Shown here piece after piece: positions 17,382 through 26,687 of a stretch of DNA of 64,000 nucleotides. The stretch comes from Acidimicrobiia bacterium. GTDB lineage: Bacteria > Actinomycetota > Acidimicrobiia > Acidimicrobiales > Bin134. The stretch covers positions 990 through 64,989 of the forward strand of contig JAJEIJ010000036.1 of NCBI GenBank assembly GCA_022827725.1, written 5' to 3'. The notes below the pieces were generated by a model, which saw only the letters and a list, made by a program, of their open reading frames with translations, did no database searches and was not told the DNA's origin. A program made the translations under genes and the position numbers. Within the stretch, counting starts at the first letter, position 1, and every line of letters starts with the position of its first letter.

Positions 17382-18902
17382 CTAGCCGGACTCCGAGGCC
17401 ACAACCGCCTGGGCAGCCGCCAGACGGGCCACCGGTACCCGATGCGGGGAGCAGGACACGTAGTCCACCCCCGCGGCGGCCCAGAACGCAATCGACGCGG
17501 GATCGCCGCCGTGCTCGCCGCACACCCCCATCTCAATGCCGGGGCGGGCGGCGTGGGCCCCGGTAACTGCGTCGGCCACCAGCCGTCCCACCCCGGTCTC
17601 GTCCAGGGTCTCGAACGGGTTGGCCGCCAGAAGGCCGTGATCGATGTAGGGACGCATGATCCGGGCTTCGATGTCGTCGCGGCAGAAGCCGAAGGTCATC
17701 TGGGTCAAGTCGTTGGTGCCCACCGACAAGAAGTCGGCGCAGGCGGCGATCTCGGCCGCGGCCAACGCTGAGCGGGGGGTCTCGATCATGGCCCCCACCG
17801 GGATGGCTCGGCCCCCCAAGCGGCTCTCGAACCCAGCCAGTTCTTCGGCTATCGCAGCCCGCACATGGGACAGCTCCGGGCCGCCCACCACCAGCGGCAC
17901 CATGATCTGCACCTGTGGATCGCCTCCGGCCGTCACCCGACGGGCGGCCGCCTCGGCCCCCGCTTTGGCCTGGGCTCGATACAGCTCGGGACGCAGCACC
18001 CCCAGCCGGGCGCCCCGCACGCCGAGCATGGGATTCTCCTCGACCAGCCCGGGATGGTCGGGCAAGAACTCGTGCAGGGGCGGATCAAGCAGCCGGACGG
18101 TCACCGGCAGACCATCCATGACCTCCAAGAGATCCACCAGATCCTCCACCTGGGCCTCGGCCAGCGCGTCCAGCGCGGCCGGCCCGCCGTCGGTGATGGC
18201 CCGCTGGATGAGCGGCAGCCGCTCCCCCAAGAACATGTGCTCGGTGCGGCACAGCCCCACCCCGACAGCTCCGAACTCCCGGGCCAGCCGGGCCGAGAAG
18301 GCATCGTCGGCGTTGGCTCTCACCGCCAGCCGCCCGCCTCGCAGCTCGTCGGCCCAGCCCAGCAGCGTGAACAGCTCGTCGGGAATCTCCACTTCGCCCA
18401 CCTCAGCGGCGCCCAGCATGATCGTGCCCGCCGAGCCGTCCACGGTGATGGGGTCGCCGTCGCGTAGCTCCACCTCGCCCAGCCGGGCTGCCCCGGCTGC
18501 GACATCCACCGCCAGGGTCTCCACTCCCACCACTGCGGGGATCCCCCAGCCTCGGGCGATCACCGCGGCGTGGCTGGCCATACCCCCTTTGGCAGTGATG
18601 ATGGCCGCGGCGGCCGACATGGCCACCTCGTCGGCCGGCGTGGTGAACGGCCGCACAAACACCGCGGGGATACCCTCGTCGTCGGCGTCCAGCACCGCGT
18701 CTACCGTCAGGCACACCCGGCCCGATGCCGCTCCTGGTGAGGCGGCCACTCCGTGAGCGGCCACCGGCGCCGACAGGCCGTCGGTCATTTTGGCGTGGAG
18801 CAGGTCTTCCACGTCGTCGGGGGTCACCGCCAGCACTGCGTCGGCCCGATCCAGCTCGCCCTGCTCGGCGGCCTGTACCGCGGAAACGATCGGGCTGGTC
18901 AC
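17382..18902 (-). CDS. ppdK: PEP-utilising enzyme: pyruvate,phosphate dikinase-like protein lacking the N-terminal ATP-grasp domain
   Basis: ORF 17382..19040 overlaps the glyS 3' end. First usable start after the glyS stop is GTG 18902. Phosphohistidine motif GGMASHAAVIARGWGIPAVVG, and TIM-barrel motifs GLCRTEHMF and GTNDLTQ. Confidence 0.7.
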   Translation of the reverse strand: MTSPIVSAVQAAEQGELDRADAVLAVTPDDVEDLLHAKMTDGLSAPVAAHGVAASPGAASGRVCLTVDAVLDADDEGIPAVFVRPFTTPADEVAMSAAAAIITAKGGMASHAAVIARGWGIPAVVGVETLAVDVAAGAARLGEVELRDGDPITVDGSAGTIMLGAAEVGEVEIPDELFTLLGWADELRGGRLAVRANADDAFSARLAREFGAVGVGLCRTEHMFLGERLPLIQRAITDGGPAALDALAEAQVEDLVDLLEVMDGLPVTVRLLDPPLHEFLPDHPGLVEENPMLGVRGARLGVLRPELYRAQAKAGAEAAARRVTAGGDPQVQIMVPLVVGGPELSHVRAAIAEELAGFESRLGGRAIPVGAMIETPRSALAAAEIAACADFLSVGTNDLTQMTFGFCRDDIEARIMRPYIDHGLLAANPFETLDETGVGRLVADAVTGAHAARPGIEMGVCGEHGGDPASIAFWAAAGVDYVSCSPHRVPVARLAAAQAVVASESG

Positions 18903-18936
18903 CGCTGCAACCTGATCGGGCCGATCACCGACGCCC

Positions 18937-20274
18937 TCACAAGTCGAGCTTGGCGTCCAGATGCTCGGCCAGCCCGTCGATGGGCACCCGGTCTTGATCC
19001 ATGGTGTCCCGGTCGCGCACGGTGACCGCCCGATCGTCAAGGGTGTCGAAGTCCACAGTCACGCAGTAGGGGGTGCCGATCTCGTCTTGACGGCGATAGC
19101 GGCGGCCGATCGATTGGGTCACGTCGTAGTCGGTCATCCAGCGGGGCTGGAGCAGGCCCAGTACCTCCTCGGACACCGCCTGGAGCTCGGGCTTCTTCGA
19201 CAGGGGCAGTACCGCGGCCTTGTAGGGGGCCAGCCGGGGGTGGAGCCGAAGCACGGTGCGGGTCTCCCCCCGCACCTCCTCGGTGTCGAAGGCGGCCAGC
19301 AGAAACGCCATCATCGTGCGAGTGGCCCCCGCGGCCGGCTCGATTACGTGGGGGCGGTAGCGCTCGTCGGCCTGCTGGTCGTAGTAGTCCAGGTCGACGC
19401 CGGAGTGCTCAGCGTGCTGGGTGAGGTCGTAGTCGGTGCGGTTGGCGATGCCCTCCAGCTCACCCCAGCCCCACGGAAACAGGTATTCCACATCGGCGGT
19501 GCCAGCCGAGTAGTGGCTCAACTCGTCGGCGTCGTGGGGCCGCAGCCGCAGCTTGTCGGCGGGGATGCCCAGTTCGGTGTACCAGTCCATCCGGGCGCTG
19601 CACCAGTATTCGAACCACATGGCGGCCTCGTCGGGGGGCACGAAAAACTCCATCTCCATCTGCTCGAACTCCCGAGTGCGGAAGATGAAGTTGCCCGGGG
19701 TGATCTCGTTGCGAAACGACTTGCCGATCTGGGCGATGCCGAAGGGCGGCTTGGTGCGCACGGTGTTCAACACGTTGGTGAAGTTGATGAACATGCCCTG
19801 GGCCGTCTCGGGCCGCAGGTATACGTCGGCGCCAGCCCCGGCCACCGGGCCAGCCTGGGTTTGGAACATCAGATTGAACTCACGGGCCTCGGTGAACTGG
19901 CCCACTGCGCCGCAACTCGGGCACGTATCTGGGTCTTCCAGCTGGTCCTCGCGATGGCGCGCGCCGCAGTTGCGACAGTCCACCAGGGGATCAGTGAAGT
20001 TGGTCAGGTGACCCGATGCCTCCCACACCTGGGGGGGCGACAGGATGGAAGCATCGAGGCCGACCACGTCGGTGCGAAGCTGCACCATGGTCCGCCACCA
20101 GGCGTCTTTCACGTTGCGCAGCAGCAGTACACCCAGCGGGCCGTAGTCGTAGGCGCTGCGGAACCCGCCGTAGATCTCCGCCGACTGGTAAACGAACCCC
20201 CGCCGCTTGCAGAGGTTCACCACCTTGTCCATCAGATCGTCGCCCACACCCCGGTCGACGTCGCCACCACTCAT
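18937..20274 (-). CDS. glyQS: Glycine--tRNA ligase (dimeric class II type)
   Basis: ORF 18937..20313. [34 protein letters not shown] is the GlyRS N-terminus. Start ATG 20274 or 20232. Confidence 0.9.
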   Translation of the reverse strand: MSGGDVDRGVGDDLMDKVVNLCKRRGFVYQSAEIYGGFRSAYDYGPLGVLLLRNVKDAWWRTMVQLRTDVVGLDASILSPPQVWEASGHLTNFTDPLVDCRNCGARHREDQLEDPDTCPSCGAVGQFTEAREFNLMFQTQAGPVAGAGADVYLRPETAQGMFINFTNVLNTVRTKPPFGIAQIGKSFRNEITPGNFIFRTREFEQMEMEFFVPPDEAAMWFEYWCSARMDWYTELGIPADKLRLRPHDADELSHYSAGTADVEYLFPWGWGELEGIANRTDYDLTQHAEHSGVDLDYYDQQADERYRPHVIEPAAGATRTMMAFLLAAFDTEEVRGETRTVLRLHPRLAPYKAAVLPLSKKPELQAVSEEVLGLLQPRWMTDYDVTQSIGRRYRRQDEIGTPYCVTVDFDTLDDRAVTVRDRDTMDQDRVPIDGLAEHLDAKLDL

Positions 20275-20531
20275 GGCCCGCAGGCTACCGGCCCCCAGTG
20301 ACACGCCTGACACCGAAAACGGCGCCTACCAGAAGATCAATGGATTTCCGACGATGCGGACCTCAGCCTCGTGTCGATCACCAAGACAATCGAGGGTTAC
20401 CCAGCGGAGCTCGGGAAGGGTGCTCACCGATCCTGATCTGCTCGACGCGGCTTTAGCAGGTTGTTGCCATTACCTTTGCGCCCAGACGTGGCCGAAGTAC
20501 TACTCAAGAAATCCGTCGGAGGCACTTCGCG

Positions 20532-22643
20532 ATGAAGGCGATAGAAACCAAGCTGCTCAACTTCCTCAGGAAATCGCCGCAGTTCGTTATCCCTGTCTAC
20601 CAACGCACCTATAGCTGGACGGAGCGCGAGTGCCGACAGCTCTGGGACGACATCCTCCGCACTGGGAACGACGAACAGGTCGCCGCGCACTTCGTCGGTT
20701 CAGTCGTCTACATCGAAGAGAGCTTGTCTTTAGTAGCGGACCGTTCACCGCTCCTCGTCATCGATGGACAGCAGCGCCTCACGACCACGATGCTGATCCT
20801 CGAAGCTCTGGCAAGGCATCTCGGCGATGAGGAACCGGTCGACGGGTTCTCCGCTCGCAAGCTTCGGGAGTACTACCTGCTGAATCCCTTAGAGGAGAGC
20901 GATCGGCGATTCAAGCTGGTACTTACGCAGACAGACAAGGCAAGCCTGATTGCGCTGTTGGAGCAGAAGCCCCCTCCTCATGAAGGCTCCCTACGAATCG
21001 CCGAAAACTTCGAGTTCTTTGCGAAGAAAATTGCCGCCCTGGGTGATGAGGTTGCTCCGCTTTGCATGGGGCTAGCGAAACTCATGATCGTCGACATCGC
21101 GCTCAGTCGAGATCAAGATAATCCGCAACTCATCTTCGAGAGCATGAATTCGACCGGGCGCGAGTTGAGCCAAGCCGACCTCATTCGCAACTTCGTGCTG
21201 ATGGGCCTTGAACCCGCAAAACAGACGCGGCTCTACGAGTACCAATGGAGACCGATGGAACTCGCCTTCGGGCAGGAGGCGTACGGGACACACTTCGACG
21301 GGTTCATGCGCCACTATCTGACGTTGAAGACCGGCGAGATTCCCAAGCTCGGAAATGTCTACGAGGCATTCAAGGCGCACGCGCGTAAACCCCATATAGA
21401 ACAGAGTGGAATTGAAGCCTTGGTTGCCGACATTCGCCAGTTCGCCACCTACTACTGCCATATGGCCCTTGACCCCAAACCCGCGGGCCGCCTCGGCGAA
21501 GCTTTTCGGGATCTGCGCGAACTGAGGGTTGACGTTGCCTACCCATTCCTACTTGAGATGTATCACGATCATTCCTCAGGCAAGCTAAGCGAGAGCGATC
21601 TCTACCAGGCGGTGCGGCTGGTCGAGGCATACGTGTTCCGCCGTGCGGTTAGCTCGATACCGACGAACTCACTCAACACAACATTCGCGACATTCGGGCG
21701 TCACCTCAAGAAAGATCGCTACCTCGAGAGCATCAAGGCTCATTTCCTCATGATGCCGTCATATCGGCGATTTCCAGGAGATGATGAGTTCAAGCACGAC
21801 TTGCAAAACCGAGATGTCTACAACTTCCGAAACAACAGCTACTTGCTTCGCCGCCTAGAAAACCATGAGCGCAAGGAACGGGCTTCTATCAGCGAATACA
21901 CCGTCGAGCACATCATGCCGCAAAACAAGGACCTGTCGGCACAGTGGCAATCCGACCTCGGTCCCGACTGGCAACAGATCCACGAAAAGTACCTGCACAC
22001 CCTCGGCAATCTCACCCTCACCGGCTATAACTCGGAGTACAGCGACCGGCCCTTCGCAGAAAAGCGCGACATGGAGGGAGGGTTCAAGATGAGCCCCCTG
22101 AAGCTCAACGAAGGCATCGGAGAGCGGGAGCGCTGGGATGAGCGGGCAATCAATGACCGTGCCAAATTCTTGGCCAACCTGGCGTCAGAGGTCTGGGGGG
22201 CCGTGTACCTGCCGGAAGAACGCCTTGCAGAGTACCGAGCGCTGCCGGATCAGGCACCGGTCAGCACCTACACAATTGAGAACCATCCGAACCTCAGCCC
22301 GGGAAGCGCTTCCCGAATGCTGTTCGATGCATTCCGTAAAGAAGTTCTCGCACTGAATCCCGTGATCACCGAGGAATTCCTCAAGCTCTACGTGGCCTTC
22401 AAGGCGGAGACAAACTTCGTGGACGTCATCCCACAGGTCTCCCGACTCCGTCTCTCGCTCAATATGAGCTTCCAGGAAATTCACGATCCAAGAGGACTGG
22501 CAAGGGATATGACCAACCTCGGGATGTGGGGAAATGGCGACGTTGAAGTAGTGCTAAGCGATCTAGAGGAACTTAGGTACGTGATGGGCCTAGTCCGACA
22601 AGCCCTCGAAAGACAGATGGGTAACGGCGAGCGCGAAGGATAA
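20532..22643 (+). CDS. DUF262 + DUF1524 protein (GmrSD-like type IV restriction/nuclease family) with an extra C-terminal domain
   Basis: 703 aa. N-terminal FVIPVYQRTYSW and DGQQRLTT (DUF262/ParB-like NTPase). EHIMPQ and GNLTLTGYNSEYSDRPF (DUF1524 His-Me finger). RBS ggagg. Visibly lower G+C than the flanks. Confidence 0.8.
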   Translation: MKAIETKLLNFLRKSPQFVIPVYQRTYSWTERECRQLWDDILRTGNDEQVAAHFVGSVVYIEESLSLVADRSPLLVIDGQQRLTTTMLILEALARHLGDEEPVDGFSARKLREYYLLNPLEESDRRFKLVLTQTDKASLIALLEQKPPPHEGSLRIAENFEFFAKKIAALGDEVAPLCMGLAKLMIVDIALSRDQDNPQLIFESMNSTGRELSQADLIRNFVLMGLEPAKQTRLYEYQWRPMELAFGQEAYGTHFDGFMRHYLTLKTGEIPKLGNVYEAFKAHARKPHIEQSGIEALVADIRQFATYYCHMALDPKPAGRLGEAFRDLRELRVDVAYPFLLEMYHDHSSGKLSESDLYQAVRLVEAYVFRRAVSSIPTNSLNTTFATFGRHLKKDRYLESIKAHFLMMPSYRRFPGDDEFKHDLQNRDVYNFRNNSYLLRRLENHERKERASISEYTVEHIMPQNKDLSAQWQSDLGPDWQQIHEKYLHTLGNLTLTGYNSEYSDRPFAEKRDMEGGFKMSPLKLNEGIGERERWDERAINDRAKFLANLASEVWGAVYLPEERLAEYRALPDQAPVSTYTIENHPNLSPGSASRMLFDAFRKEVLALNPVITEEFLKLYVAFKAETNFVDVIPQVSRLRLSLNMSFQEIHDPRGLARDMTNLGMWGNGDVEVVLSDLEELRYVMGLVRQALERQMGNGEREG

Positions 22644-22683
22644 TCGCCATCGCAAGCCGCATAGAGTCGGGTTGGTGTAGGGG

Positions 22684-22887
22684 TCAGGCTATGACGGTAT
22701 CCGTAGCGACCTCTGAGGAGATGACAATGTGGGCATCAGCGCCTACAAGATCCGCGGCCTCCTGGATCATGGACTTGAGTTCTTCGAGGGAGTCAGCGTT
22801 GGCGAAATAGGCGGATTCGCCGATCTCGCCCTCCGCGAGCCAATCTCCGCTGCCGTCGTCGTCTCTGGTGATTACGACTTTCGCCAT
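22684..22887 (-). CDS. hicB: HicB-like antitoxin (short, UPF0150-type fold only)
   Basis: ATG 22887 after ggagga, within ORF 22684..22935. 67 aa. The VVITRDDDGSGDWLAEGE...SLEELKSMIQEAADL pattern. Sits 22 bp downstream of hicA. Confidence 0.6.
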   Translation of the reverse strand: MAKVVITRDDDGSGDWLAEGEIGESAYFANADSLEELKSMIQEAADLVGADAHIVISSEVATDTVIA

Positions 22888-22909
22888 GTCCTGTCCTCCA
22901 TTGGAATCT

Positions 22910-23149
22910 TCAGAGTAGCGCTTCGATTTCATCATCAGACAGCCCCGCCTTGTCAGCCAGCATCGTTCGTAGGTGCTTGGGCTTCACCGTCCTCCCTTTG
23001 TGTAGGGAAAGGATGATCGGCTGCCGTCCCTCTGCTCGCAAGAGAACATGCGAGCCTGTTTGGCGGACCTTCTGGTACCAGATCTTGCGGAGCAGCCGCA
23101 GCACTCGATCAGGTTTGAGAGCTGGAAACCGTGAGACCGGAAACGGCAC
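22910..23149 (-). CDS. hicA: HicA-family mRNA interferase toxin
   Basis: 79 aa. LLRKIWYQKVRQTGSHVLL...LHKGRTVKPKHLRTMLADKAGL matches the HicA pattern (G-S-H ... H ... L..IL..AGL). GTG start. Confidence 0.7.
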   Translation of the reverse strand: MPFPVSRFPALKPDRVLRLLRKIWYQKVRQTGSHVLLRAEGRQPIILSLHKGRTVKPKHLRTMLADKAGLSDDEIEALL

Positions 23150-23199
23150 AGATAGTACAATAGTGATTTTCGATCTTTGTCAACTACTATTATTTATCC

Positions 23200-23913
23200 T
23201 CAATTGTAGGCGCCGGTGGTGCGGAGGCGGCGTTCTAGGTGGTGCTCCATTGCCGTGGTGGCTAGGTGCTCGACTTCATTGGTGGCAGGCGAGGGGGGCA
23301 GGGCCAGCGCGGCGCTGAGGTTGCCGCCGAGCACCATTCGCATCAGGTCTAGGGCGTCGGGCGACAGGGGGGCTCCCCGGCGGCAGTTGCGGCACAGCGC
23401 ACCGCCGCTGGCGTAGTCGAAAGACGCAAGGTCGTCGGCGGATCCGCAAGATGCGCACGCCCCCACTTCGGGGCCCACTCCGTCGTGGACCAGGAGCTTG
23501 AGATAGAAGGCGGGCACCACCAGCGCCGAGTCGCCCGCGTCCAGCGCCCGGAGTCCGCCCAGCAGCATCCGGTAGAGCGCGCCGTCGGACTCCCGGTCGA
23601 CTCCCACGCGGTCGATCGCCTCCAGCATGGCCATGGCCTTGCCCAGCCGGCCCAAATCCTCCCGCACCTCCCGGAACTGGTCCACCGACTCGACCTGGGT
23701 CACTATGTCGAGTTCGCTTCGCCCCCGGTGGAGTTGGAGTTGCACATGGCTGGTGGGCTCCAACCGCCCCCCGAACCGGCTGCGGGTTTTGCGGACGCCT
23801 TTGGCCACCGCCCTCACCTTGCCGTGCCCCCGAGTGCAGAACACCACGATGCGATCGGCCTCGCCCAACTTGTAGGTGCGAAGCACGATCCCCTGGTCCC
23901 GGTAGAGGCTCAC
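23200..23913 (-). CDS. recO: DNA repair protein RecO
   Basis: 237 aa. MSLYRDQGIVLRTYKLGEADRIV OB-fold N-terminus and a Cys-rich zinc motif CASCGS...CRNC. Confidence 0.9.
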   Translation of the reverse strand: MSLYRDQGIVLRTYKLGEADRIVVFCTRGHGKVRAVAKGVRKTRSRFGGRLEPTSHVQLQLHRGRSELDIVTQVESVDQFREVREDLGRLGKAMAMLEAIDRVGVDRESDGALYRMLLGGLRALDAGDSALVVPAFYLKLLVHDGVGPEVGACASCGSADDLASFDYASGGALCRNCRRGAPLSPDALDLMRMVLGGNLSAALALPPSPATNEVEHLATTAMEHHLERRLRTTGAYN

Positions 23914-23963
23914 CGGACCAAGCCTCTCACTCCTCGAACCGGGAGTGGCTCATGGTGCGCCCG

Positions 23964-24686
23964 TTATCTGACCCGGCCGAAGCGGCGGTGGCGGTGCTGG
24001 TACTCGGCAATGGCGGCAAACAGGTCGTGGCGGGTGAAGTCGGGCCACAGTACATCGCTGAACACCAGTTCTGAGTAGGCCAGCTCCCACAACAGGAAAT
24101 TGGAGATGCGGTATTCACCCGAAGTGCGGATGATGAGGTCGGGCTCGGGCATCTCTTGGTCGTAGAGGTGGCGGGCGATGGTCCGCTCGTTGATCATGCG
24201 AGACGGGGTCCGCTGGGCCGCGATGCGCTTCACCGCGTCTACGATCTCAGCTCGGCCTCCGTAGTTGAAGGCCACCGCCAGCGTCATCCGCTTGTTGTGC
24301 TGGGTGAGCTCGATGGCCTCGTCCATCTCTTTGATCAGGCCTTTGGGCACTCGCCAATCGCGTCGGCCAATGAAGCGGATCCGCACCCCCATCTCGTTCA
24401 GCTCGTCGCAGCGCCGCCGCAATATGTTGCGGTTGAAGTTCAGCAAGAACCGCACCTCGTCGTCGGGCCGGTTCCAGTTCTCGGTGGAGAAGGCGTACAC
24501 CGTGAGCCACTCGATGCCCAGCTCCAGCGCCCCCTCGATCACGTCGAACAGAGCGTGCTCACCCTGTTCGTGGCCCTCGGTGCGGGCCATGCCCCGCTGT
24601 TCGGCCCAGCGCCCGTTGCCGTCCATCACGCATCCGACATGGCGGGGAATCCGATTCAGATCCAGGCCATGACCCGACAAGTCCAC
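23964..24686 (-). CDS. uppS: Isoprenyl transferase (undecaprenyl/decaprenyl diphosphate synthase family)
   Basis: ORF 23964..25028 is 5'-extended over the dinG promoter region. GTG 24686 gives about 240 aa. IPRHVGCVMDGNGRWA and YAFSTENWNRP motifs. Confidence 0.85.
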   Translation of the reverse strand: MDLSGHGLDLNRIPRHVGCVMDGNGRWAEQRGMARTEGHEQGEHALFDVIEGALELGIEWLTVYAFSTENWNRPDDEVRFLLNFNRNILRRRCDELNEMGVRIRFIGRRDWRVPKGLIKEMDEAIELTQHNKRMTLAVAFNYGGRAEIVDAVKRIAAQRTPSRMINERTIARHLYDQEMPEPDLIIRTSGEYRISNFLLWELAYSELVFSDVLWPDFTRHDLFAAIAEYQHRHRRFGRVR

Positions 24687-24788
24687 ACCTGCACGGTACT
24701 CCCCCGCAAGCCCCGATTGTGTGCGGGAGAAGCCTCCCAATCGGGTTTCTCCCCGATTCTTCGACCAGCCACCACTAGCGTCGGGGTG

Positions 24789-26672
24789 ATGCCCGAAATC
24801 GCCGCGGTCGAGGAGGCTCTGGAGGCGGCCGTCGCCGCGTTGGACGGCGGCGGCGAGCGTCGGCCGGGGCAGCGGGCCATGTGTGAGGCGGTGGCTGATG
24901 CGATGGAGTCGGGGCGGCATCTGGTGGTGGCCGCCGGCACCGGTACCGGCAAGTCGCTGGCCTATCTGGTGCCGCTGGTTCTGGGTGAAGGCCCCTCGGT
25001 GGTGGCCACCGCCACCAAGACCCTCCAAGACCAGCTAGTCAACAAAGACCTCCCCCAACTGGCCGAGGCGCTGGGACAACCGGTGCGCTTCGCTGTGCTC
25101 AAGGGGCGGTCCAACTATCTGTGCCTCCAGCGGTTGGAGGAGCACCTCGCCGACGACCAGTTGAGCCTGGAAATCGCCGACGGCCCCAAGGCCGAGATCA
25201 AGCGGCTGGCGGCGTGGGCCGGACAAACCGACACCGGTGACCGGGCCGAGCTCGACTTCGAGCCCTCCACATCCGCCTGGGACGCGCTCAGCGTGTCGGG
25301 CCGGGAGTGTCCGGGGGCGCAGCGCTGCCCGTCGGGTGAGGTGTGCTTCGCGGAGAAGGCCCGCCACCGGGCCGGGGCCGCCGAGGTTGTGGTGGTGAAC
25401 ACCCACCTCTACTGCCTGCACCTGTTCAGCGAAGCCCCGCTTCTGCCCGAGCACGACACGGTGGTGATCGACGAGGCCCACGGCCTGGAAGACATCGTGT
25501 CGGACACCGCGGGGCTGTCTTTGTCCGGGGGGCGGTTCGACGAGTTGGCCCGCCGCGTTCGGGCGGTGGTGGCCGAGTCGGCCGCGGCCGGCGACTTGGA
25601 GGATGCCGGCGAGCTTTTGCGGGAGGCCCTGTCGCCTTACCGGGACAAGCCGTTGCCGGTTCCGTTGCCCGACGAACTCCAGCGCACAGCCGTGGTGGCC
25701 CGGGGCCGGGTGGAGCAGGTGCTTGTCGAGCTGCGGGGAGTGCCCGATGACGCTCCCGGCGACGTCGCCCCCCGCAAACTGCGGGCCATGCTGTCGGCCG
25801 GTGCCTTAGCGGAGGATTTAGCCCGGGCAGTGGAGGCCACCCCCGCTGAGGTGGCCTGGGTGTCGGGCACCGAGTCGGCCCCCGCATGGCGGATCGCACC
25901 TATCCAACTGGGGGAACTGTTGACCGAGCACCTGTGGGAGCACACCACCGCGGTGCTGACCAGCGCCACCATCCCGATGAACCTGGGCGAGGTGCTGGGG
26001 CTGCACCCCGACGAGCACGACGCCGTCGACGTGGGCAGTCCGTTCGACTACGAGGCCAACGCGCTGCTCTACTGCGCCAAGCACCTGCCGGAACCCCGTA
26101 GTCCTGACTACGAGTCGGCTGCCCACGAGGAATTGGCCGCGCTGATCGAGGCCGCGGGGGGCCGGACCTTGGCCCTGTTCACCAGCTACCGGGCCATGGA
26201 CCGGGCCGCCGAGGTTCTGCGAGGCCAGCTCGACTTCGAGATCTATACCCAGCGCGACCTGCCCAAACCTGAGCTGCTGCGGCGCTTCGCCGCTGAGGTG
26301 GAGAGCTGCCTGTTCGCCACCATGAGCTTTTGGCAGGGGGTGGACGTGCCCGGAGAGTCGCTGTCGCTGGTGGTGATCGACCGCCTGCCGTTCCCCCGGC
26401 CCGATGACCCCCTGCTAGAGGCCCGGCGAGAGCGCTACGGCAAAGAAGCCTTCCGCCTCGTGGACCTGCCCCGGGCCGCCACCCGGCTGGCCCAGGGCGC
26501 CGGGCGGCTCATCCGACGAGGCGACGACCGGGGCGTGGTGGCGGTGCTCGACTCCCGGATGGCCACCGCCGGCTACCGCTGGACGCTCGTTGACGCCCTT
26601 CCCCCGTTCCCCCGTACCGCCGAGCGCGACCAGGCCGAAGTTCTGCTGCGGTCGATTCGCGACGGGGTCTGA
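24789..26672 (+). CDS. dinG: ATP-dependent DinG/XPD-like (DEAD_2) helicase with Fe-S Cys cluster
   Basis: ATG 24789 within ORF 24156..26672. Walker A AAGTGTGKSL, DEAH (VIDEAHGLED), four Cys (YLC, REC, QRC, EVC), C-terminal helicase motifs. Confidence 0.8.
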   Translation: MPEIAAVEEALEAAVAALDGGGERRPGQRAMCEAVADAMESGRHLVVAAGTGTGKSLAYLVPLVLGEGPSVVATATKTLQDQLVNKDLPQLAEALGQPVRFAVLKGRSNYLCLQRLEEHLADDQLSLEIADGPKAEIKRLAAWAGQTDTGDRAELDFEPSTSAWDALSVSGRECPGAQRCPSGEVCFAEKARHRAGAAEVVVVNTHLYCLHLFSEAPLLPEHDTVVIDEAHGLEDIVSDTAGLSLSGGRFDELARRVRAVVAESAAAGDLEDAGELLREALSPYRDKPLPVPLPDELQRTAVVARGRVEQVLVELRGVPDDAPGDVAPRKLRAMLSAGALAEDLARAVEATPAEVAWVSGTESAPAWRIAPIQLGELLTEHLWEHTTAVLTSATIPMNLGEVLGLHPDEHDAVDVGSPFDYEANALLYCAKHLPEPRSPDYESAAHEELAALIEAAGGRTLALFTSYRAMDRAAEVLRGQLDFEIYTQRDLPKPELLRRFAAEVESCLFATMSFWQGVDVPGESLSLVVIDRLPFPRPDDPLLEARRERYGKEAFRLVDLPRAATRLAQGAGRLIRRGDDRGVVAVLDSRMATAGYRWTLVDALPPFPRTAERDQAEVLLRSIRDGV

Positions 26673-26687
26673 CCTACAGCTCGGGGC

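Noticed and set aside
20314-20531. Small ORFs or a T-box-type leader in the glyS/DUF262 divergent spacer.
   Set aside because: The candidate peptides (for example a 39-codon ATG ORF) are Arg/Cys-rich and lack an RBS. At 218 bp and without a specifier/T-box motif (no conserved AGGGTGGNACCGCG-like element), a glyS T-box is not supported.
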